Origin: an uncultured Desulfospira sp.
GTDB taxonomy: Bacteria > Desulfobacterota > Desulfobacteria > Desulfobacterales > Desulfobacteraceae
DNA length: 64,000 nucleotides
Assembly (NCBI GenBank): GCA_963663165.1
Contig: OY760175.1
Span: 2,560,001 to 2,624,000 of the forward strand
Direction of reading: 5' to 3'
Of the stretch, positions 58,219 through 64,000 are shown piece by piece. The number at the start of each line of letters is the position of its first letter. The stretch's first letter is position 1. Below the pieces are notes generated by a model, which searched no databases, was not told the origin of the DNA, and saw only the letters and a program-made list of their open reading frames with translations. The position numbers and the translations under genes were made by a program.

Positions 58219-58603
58219 TTTTTAGATCTGCCTTCCCGGCGCATCCGGCCGCAATACACCTGCTATTGAATGCTGATTTGAAATTGACCTGAGCGAAAAA
58301 TGATCCCATGAGGCCCCAGTCAATTTTATTGGTCTATAAAATTGATTTTGGTTTTTTCGGGTCAGGCACAACATATTGGGGTTGAATGGTTTTCGAAAAA
58401 CCCCGGACTTATAGACTTATGTTGCGAGTGGTCATAACTCATTGATTTTTATGATAAATTCAAACACCCGCTGTGCAAATCAATATCGACTTTTAAATTC
58501 AATGAGTTACAGTGGATTATAAAATTTTTCATAATCACTGGCAACATAATTTTTTGTTTTACTACATACCGCTTTAAAGATAGCAAAAGGCTACCTCAAT
58601 GGA

Positions 58604-59623
58604 TCATAAACTGTCAAGCCAGGCAAGGATTTCAGCATTATTTTTCCAGTCGATCAGCTCATCAATCTTCTTGTCTTGATTCATTTTCGATTGCATATAT
58701 TCAATGAGCTTATCCTGGATTTCCCGTTTTTTTGACAAGTCCAGCTGCAAATAAGCCATTGTTGATTCAACGCTTTGATGGCCCAGGCGATTTTTGATAT
58801 CCGATACGGGGGCCCCTGAAGTCACCATATTAACCGCACAAGAATGTCTGAAGCAATGGGCCGGACTCAGACCTTTCAACCGTTTTTCCGGCAATGCTTT
58901 TGTCAGATATCTTCGGCAAATTTTGTTGATACCATGCCGGGTCATTCCCCGCCTCCGCTGATTAATGAACAGCCGGTGTGCAAATAATGGGATGGGGGCT
59001 ACTCTATGATTGGTGATATAGTCTGAGATCAGTGATGCGGTTTTGGACCACAGGTTGATCAACCTGTATCGGTTCCCCTTGCCCAGGACCGCAATGGTTT
59101 CGTTTTCAGGATCAAAATAATCAAATTCCAGTGTGGCAATCTCGCTGGCTCTGGCACCGGAGTCGTAAAGCAGATGGAGAATGGTAAAATCTCTCATCCC
59201 TTCCTTCTTTTTTAAATCGACGACACTGAAAATTTTCATTATTTCTTCTGGGTGTAAAAATCCCATCACCTTCTTTTGAGCCCTTTTCTGAGGGATGGTC
59301 AAAAGAGCTTCTGCGACTCGTTTTTTGTCCGGATGCATGAATCGGATCATCTTGGCCAGCGACTTGATCACGGCCAAGCGGTTGTTCCGGGTCTGGACGG
59401 TATTTTTTCGGTCTGTTTCCAAATGATTCAGGAAGCCCAGAACAGCGTCAGGTGTTAAATGGTCAATTTTCAAGGATTTGATTTTGATCGAATGATAATC
59501 CGCCAAAAAATGCAGAAACAAAGAAAAAGCCTGCTGGTAAGTTTTAATGCTTTGTTCGCTGGTCCCTTTTATATGGGGCAGGTATTCATAAAAATACTGA
59601 TGCAGGCAGGTGGATAATCTCAT
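58604..59623 (-). CDS. Tyrosine recombinase (RitC-like)
   Basis: TRNNRL, GARASE, GKGNR, HCFRHS, LGH..Y. Confidence 0.92.
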   Translation of the reverse strand: MRLSTCLHQYFYEYLPHIKGTSEQSIKTYQQAFSLFLHFLADYHSIKIKSLKIDHLTPDAVLGFLNHLETDRKNTVQTRNNRLAVIKSLAKMIRFMHPDKKRVAEALLTIPQKRAQKKVMGFLHPEEIMKIFSVVDLKKKEGMRDFTILHLLYDSGARASEIATLEFDYFDPENETIAVLGKGNRYRLINLWSKTASLISDYITNHRVAPIPLFAHRLFINQRRRGMTRHGINKICRRYLTKALPEKRLKGLSPAHCFRHSCAVNMVTSGAPVSDIKNRLGHQSVESTMAYLQLDLSKKREIQDKLIEYMQSKMNQDKKIDELIDWKNNAEILAWLDSL

Positions 59624-60594
59624 ACATCCTCACTTCTCAACATCGAAAAATCAAGCATTTGGCGGCGATGCTCTGCATCCAGAACTCTCAGATATTTGGT
59701 CGTATACTTGTATTCGCTGTGTCCCATGTAAGCGGCCAGCACCGGCAACGCATTTTGGGCAGACTTGCCCTGTTGTTTAATTCGTTTCAGTGTATTTACA
59801 GCAAAGGAATGACGAAGTGAGTGCCGTGTCGGGTTGCTGAAATTTGTAGCACCAATAATTTTTTTGTGCTGATCAAGGTTAATGGCCGAAATCGCTTTTT
59901 TAAATTTTCGATCCATGAAATGGCGGGGTAACTTTCCGCCATCTCCTTTGATCAATAATAAAGGATGCACATCGGCAATAAGTAAAAGCCGTCGCACGTT
60001 CAAAAAATTGTCGATTTCACAAGAAACGGCCTTGGGTATTGGGATCAGTCGGTCTTTTTTAAATTTTGTTTTCTCAATATAGATTGTCCTTTCTTCAGAC
60101 CTGTAGTTCTTTTGCAGCAAATTGAACGTCTCCGATATTCTCAAGCCGCACCGGGCCATCAGCAGAAAAGAGATATAACCGCTAAAATCGGTGAGGTAAT
60201 ATTTTTTTGTTTTTCGCATCTGTTTTATGACAGTTTTCAATAAAAGATCCGTTTCTTTCGGAGAAAAAATAAAAGGGATAATCTGATTTTCCGGCAGCTC
60301 AGCAATCTCCTGTATGGGATTTGTCAAAATCAGGTCTCTGCGGATCAGATATTTGAAAAACATTTGAAACGTTCGAAAAAATGTATTGATGGAACGGTTT
60401 TCACAATTGAGGTCTGAACGGAGTCGGATGAAAAACAACGGATCAAATGATGTCCAGGTCACATCCCTTTGGGCAACATACCGATCCAGCAACCGAAGGC
60501 TGCACAGCAGCATTTTATCTGAATATCCCAATTGAAGACGGTATTCGATAAAATCCTCTATATATTCGCTAAGAAAGCTTTTAAAGCGTTTCAC
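59620..60594 (-). CDS. Tyrosine recombinase (RitB-like)
   Basis: PFIFS, GLRISE, TKF.K.R, HSLRHSFAV, LP.L..YMGH..Y. Confidence 0.92.
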   Translation of the reverse strand: MKRFKSFLSEYIEDFIEYRLQLGYSDKMLLCSLRLLDRYVAQRDVTWTSFDPLFFIRLRSDLNCENRSINTFFRTFQMFFKYLIRRDLILTNPIQEIAELPENQIIPFIFSPKETDLLLKTVIKQMRKTKKYYLTDFSGYISFLLMARCGLRISETFNLLQKNYRSEERTIYIEKTKFKKDRLIPIPKAVSCEIDNFLNVRRLLLIADVHPLLLIKGDGGKLPRHFMDRKFKKAISAINLDQHKKIIGATNFSNPTRHSLRHSFAVNTLKRIKQQGKSAQNALPVLAAYMGHSEYKYTTKYLRVLDAEHRRQMLDFSMLRSEDV

Positions 60595-61540
60595 CGAGGA
60601 TAACCTCCCGCATCAGGTTGATATGGATGCTCAGATATTTTTGCGTTGCTCCGATGCTTTTATGGCCCATCATTTCTTTTATCTCATAAATGGAAGCACC
60701 GGACTCCAGCAAATTCTGGGCGTAAGAATGCCTCAGCCAATATGTGTTTGACTCAAGATTGCTATCAGCCATAAATTCTCTTATATGACGGGGGATGTCG
60801 CTCCTGCCAACCGGTTTATAAGGCGGCACTAACTGTAAAAATAAGGTTCGAGATTGGGTTTCTGGTCTCCCGCCGATAATATAAGCGGTGATGGCCTTGA
60901 TCACATTGTCCGGCACAGGAAGATGAGCAGGGCTGTAATTTTTTCTCGAACGAATAAAAATCTCTTTTTGCCTGAAAGAGATGTCATCCAGGGTAAGTGA
61001 GCTGATTTCTCCGGGCCTCAATCCCAAAAAATATGCCAGGTGCATAGCCGCATAAATACGGAGATCTTTTGCTGTTGACAAATTCATGAGCTTAAACATT
61101 TTTTGCACTTCATGGGGGCGCAAGAATTTCGGTGGTTTTGACCGAGCAAACTCAGGAGGGCTCACCACCAGCACAGAGATGTCTTTTTTGATATACCCGC
61201 CTCGGTAGAGGTGCTTGAGAAACTGCCGAAGATGTGACCGGTTAGATCTGGCTGCCCCGGCAGAATAATTGGTGTTGTAACGGGCTAAAAATTGATCAAC
61301 CTGATGAATGGATATTTCATTTAAAAGAATGCCTGACGTTTGAAGAAAAAAATGAAAACTCATCAGTATTTGCCTCATTGCGCCGATATTGTTTTCGTTA
61401 CGAAGCTGGTGTTTGTAATAATTCAGATACCCATGAAAAATTTCCGGCAACGGAAGGCCGAGTGGCGGCATTATTTCTGCCGGCACTCGACATCGACGAT
61501 AAGACTGTATATTGAGTTCTGTTCCCAAATCAGACGTCAT
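60581..61540 (-). CDS. Tyrosine recombinase (RitA-like)
   Basis: GLRPGE, YWLRHSYA (first His of HxxR replaced by Tyr), MGH..TQKY. Confidence 0.9.
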   Translation of the reverse strand: MTSDLGTELNIQSYRRCRVPAEIMPPLGLPLPEIFHGYLNYYKHQLRNENNIGAMRQILMSFHFFLQTSGILLNEISIHQVDQFLARYNTNYSAGAARSNRSHLRQFLKHLYRGGYIKKDISVLVVSPPEFARSKPPKFLRPHEVQKMFKLMNLSTAKDLRIYAAMHLAYFLGLRPGEISSLTLDDISFRQKEIFIRSRKNYSPAHLPVPDNVIKAITAYIIGGRPETQSRTLFLQLVPPYKPVGRSDIPRHIREFMADSNLESNTYWLRHSYAQNLLESGASIYEIKEMMGHKSIGATQKYLSIHINLMREVILGETL

Positions 61541-61838
61541 GATCAGGTGCTCTTGTATTCAAAATAATCTGAAGATATTTGACACTGTCAACAAAACCAA
61601 TGTGCCGACAGGCCATTACCAGATCTATGGTATTAAAATTCTTTTCGCATCGAAAACACCTGCTCAGGTTCGTCTTAGGATTAACTGCAGTCTGAAATTC
61701 ATTGCACAAGGGACACAGAAAACGGAAAACCCCTTCACTTATTTTGGCTGGAATACCCAGTTCCGTTTCGATCAACACATGAATGGGTATTGAATTTCGT
61801 AATCTATAAAGTTCCTTTGAAGAAAATCGTTTGCCCAT
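61530..61838 (-). CDS. Stand-alone DnaG-type zinc-ribbon (CHC2-like) protein
   Basis: 36/38 aa identical to 29792-30148 across the Zn ribbon. Confidence 0.8.
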   Translation of the reverse strand: MGKRFSSKELYRLRNSIPIHVLIETELGIPAKISEGVFRFLCPLCNEFQTAVNPKTNLSRCFRCEKNFNTIDLVMACRHIGFVDSVKYLQIILNTRAPDHDV

Positions 61839-62343
61839 GCTGACACCTCTTCTTTTTGGTTAGTTCCTTCATAATATCTGGTGTCAATTTTACCGTCTCC
61901 TGGTCCGTGGCATCAATAATCTCTTGTAACGCATTTTTGTTAAGGAGGGTGTCAAACCCAATAAAGACAAGGGTCTTGGCCGATATTAAATCTTGTAACG
62001 GTATTTGAATTAAATCCATCGAAGATCCTTTACCAGCAATGGTTTTGGCAGTTTTTATCTCTTGTAACGTATTTTCAGTTAAGGATGGCTTTCCCGGAGG
62101 CTTTGTTCGCTTCCAGTAACCAGGATTGCTTTGGCGCCATTCCTGAACACGGACCACATTCTCAGGCCCTGAAAAATAATCCTGATTCTTTGGCTTATTC
62201 AGCCATTTTTGCTGGCTGTGTTTTTTACTGGCAATTTTGCATTCGGGTTCGTTACAAAATTTTTGCCGTTTCAAATGACGGGGATCTGGCTTGAATAAAT
62301 TTTGGCAGTTTTTACACCTGCGCTGTCGGATTTGTTTTTTCAT
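61804..62343 (-). CDS. Cys-rich hypothetical protein with LQ(E/D) repeats
   Basis: CKNCQNLFKPDPRHLKRQKFCNEPEC; AAGGAGGT RBS. Confidence 0.78.
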   Translation of the reverse strand: MKKQIRQRRCKNCQNLFKPDPRHLKRQKFCNEPECKIASKKHSQQKWLNKPKNQDYFSGPENVVRVQEWRQSNPGYWKRTKPPGKPSLTENTLQEIKTAKTIAGKGSSMDLIQIPLQDLISAKTLVFIGFDTLLNKNALQEIIDATDQETVKLTPDIMKELTKKKRCQHGQTIFFKGTL

Positions 62344-62384
62344 AGACCTGATACCTCCTTAGATCTATGATCGGATGGATGGTG

Positions 62385-62448
62385 GCGGGGTAGTATTTTT
62401 TCAAAATATGGCGGGGTATAGCGGGGTCCAGCTGGGTCGGGCGGGGTA
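62385..62448. repeat. Five GC(G/T)GGGT(A/C) boxes in the right end of element B
   Basis: Copies at 62385, 62411, 62421, 62431, 62441; four in exact 10-bp phase. Confidence 0.8.
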
Positions 62449-62507
62449 GAACACGCAACAAAAAAAACTCGCTACATAAATAGACAGATTGCACACTTAA
62501 AAAATCA

Positions 62508-63149
62508 CTAAAGCCTGTGTTCATTCCAAGTAGTACTGTCAATAGTGAAGCTTAGCAAACGATCAGATGTGCGCACTGTTACTTTATTTGAACTTATTTT
62601 TACATCCTCTAAGGATTCTCTAATTCGGAGACGAACTTCAGTAAAAGATGATGAATTTTCTGCAAAACCAAGTGCCCGGCTGGATGTGATAATCACAGCA
62701 ACATGTTTCCCTGTGCCCACAAAAAGTCTCTCATCATGAAGTGGAATTTGGGTTTCAATGAATCGGTTGGACGAGGCAACATAGCCGATAGCACGACCCT
62801 CAAATACCAGTAAAGCAATAATTGGAGACAAGGAGGTCATTGCTTCTTTAGATTCGTCTGGTCTCAAATGTAAATATTGCCAACCGCCTGAAATTGTAGA
62901 TATTACAAAAAAACGATTGTTGGTTAGAAAAGTACCTAAATGGCCTTTTGAATCACTCCATAGCACTTTTTCTTTTGCAGAAAGATCAAAAGATATTGTT
63001 TTTTTACCCTCTATAACCGCAACAATTTTAGTATTGGATTCGAAGATATCAATTAAATCTTCTATTTCTTCTTCAGCATTTGAATGCACTGTTAATACAA
63101 TAATAGAAAGGAGAATGAGAATTGCATGCTTTTTTTGAGATTTTAACAT
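62508..63149 (-). CDS. Exported hypothetical protein with internal beta-rich repeats
   Basis: Signal peptide from ATG 63149; AT-rich; repeated W/F..L...E units. Confidence 0.65.
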   Translation of the reverse strand: MLKSQKKHAILILLSIIVLTVHSNAEEEIEDLIDIFESNTKIVAVIEGKKTISFDLSAKEKVLWSDSKGHLGTFLTNNRFFVISTISGGWQYLHLRPDESKEAMTSLSPIIALLVFEGRAIGYVASSNRFIETQIPLHDERLFVGTGKHVAVIITSSRALGFAENSSSFTEVRLRIRESLEDVKISSNKVTVRTSDRLLSFTIDSTTWNEHRL

Positions 63150-63530
63150 GGCGTTGCTCCAGGAATTAAAAAGAACGTAATGGTCACAGAAACGATTGCC
63201 CATATATCATTCTGAGTCGGACGATTTAATTTATAGGTATCATGACAAAAATTTGATCTCAAGAACTTATAACTAAACTTGGCATTCAACAAATTAGACA
63301 CCGGCAAATGAATATAGAGAAGATTCATGAGCTTTCATGGTATGGAACCGGACTATTTGAGGCCCAACGCCCCTCTCCAATAACAGATCAAGTACACATG
63401 GCCACGCTGCAGGCCTTTTCCCGAGCCTTTCCGAAAAAAGTCCCGCTGTTCTTCCAGGAATTTTGTATACTGTCGGTGTCCTGATCCTTCATCAGGATAG
63501 ACCATAACATTTTTAAAGGAGGGCAGCATC

Positions 63531-64000
63531 ATGAAAATTTCACAGGCAATTAAAAATTTTCTGGCTTACCAAAAGCTCAACTCAAAAAAAACACCATCCA
63601 AAACTATCGATACTTTCTGGCAGTTTTCCAAAAGGAGTTCGGCAAGCGTGATGTCTCTGCGGTAACATCGGATGAAATCATGGCATTTCTGGTCAAAATC
63701 ACTGAAGGCCTGAAACCCTCAACCAAGAAACTCAAATATTCCCTTCTCAAAAGCCTCTTCAATTTTGTCAAAAATACTGCCGTGCCAAATCTTCTCAATC
63801 CATGTGACTCTGCTCTCCTATCAAAAACATTTCGAGTTTCCAAGTTGCCGCCATGGACAATCTTGGAACGAGATGCCGTTGATGAATTCATATTCAAAAC
63901 GGAGAGCCCCAGAAACCGGCTGATGCTTGAATTGATGGCAAGGGGTGGAATGAGGATCGGTGAAGTTCTGAAATTGAAGCCTCAGGATGTCCAGGATCGA
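63531..64000 (+). CDS. Tyrosine integrase, 5' part, needing a -1 frameshift at A8 (63584-63591); runs off the window
   Basis: AAAGGAGG RBS; MKISQAIKNFLAYQKLNSKK then, in the -1 frame, NTIQNYRYFL...RNRLMLELMARGGMRIGEVLKL. Confidence 0.8.

Larger units (their letters stand above)
58417..62479 (-). mobile_element. Element B: RIT-type three-recombinase element (4063 bp) with two accessory genes
   Basis: TIR TTATGTTGCGAGT vs TTATGTAGCGAGT (12/13); ATAGAC directly repeated at 58411-58416 and 62480-62485; three overlapping tyrosine recombinase genes. Confidence 0.88.

Noticed and set aside
1..64000. tRNA or rRNA genes
   Set aside because: None recognised by eye; a tRNAscan-SE/Rfam run would be needed to exclude them

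Overview
About 64 kb of bacterial chromosome. Gene content suggests a Desulfobacterales-like deltaproteobacterium (inference). Core genes include a sucrose operon (pfkB, SPS-SPP, GH13_18 phosphorylase), panP, a birA-bioY-ECF operon, hemW, alkaline phosphatase, DUF47-PiT-glpAB, several signalling proteins and a giant secreted C25-peptidase mosaic. Roughly 30% of the window is mobile DNA whose ends I delimited by eye: two IS of unrelated transposase families that each carry a DUF4338 gene (8039-10815, 12750-15222); an IS701 element (18441-19979); a TG..CA DDE+AAA transposon (element A, 22423-30977) with a RepB-primase-encoding transposon nested in its transposase gene (element C, 24991-29196); a MITE-like insert (45386-45701); an extended three-recombinase RIT element (element B, 58417-62479); and a frameshifted tyrosine integrase at the right edge. 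Four signals stand out. (1) Elements A and B use unrelated recombinases but share a front module: GCGGGGT boxes, a Cys-rich ORF and a primase-type Zn-ribbon ORF. (2) The two DUF4338 IS sit in similar target sequences. (3) A DDE transposon carries its own primase. (4) A modular TATAAC-bounded hairpin repeat family is present. All family assignments come from motif recognition, not database searches.
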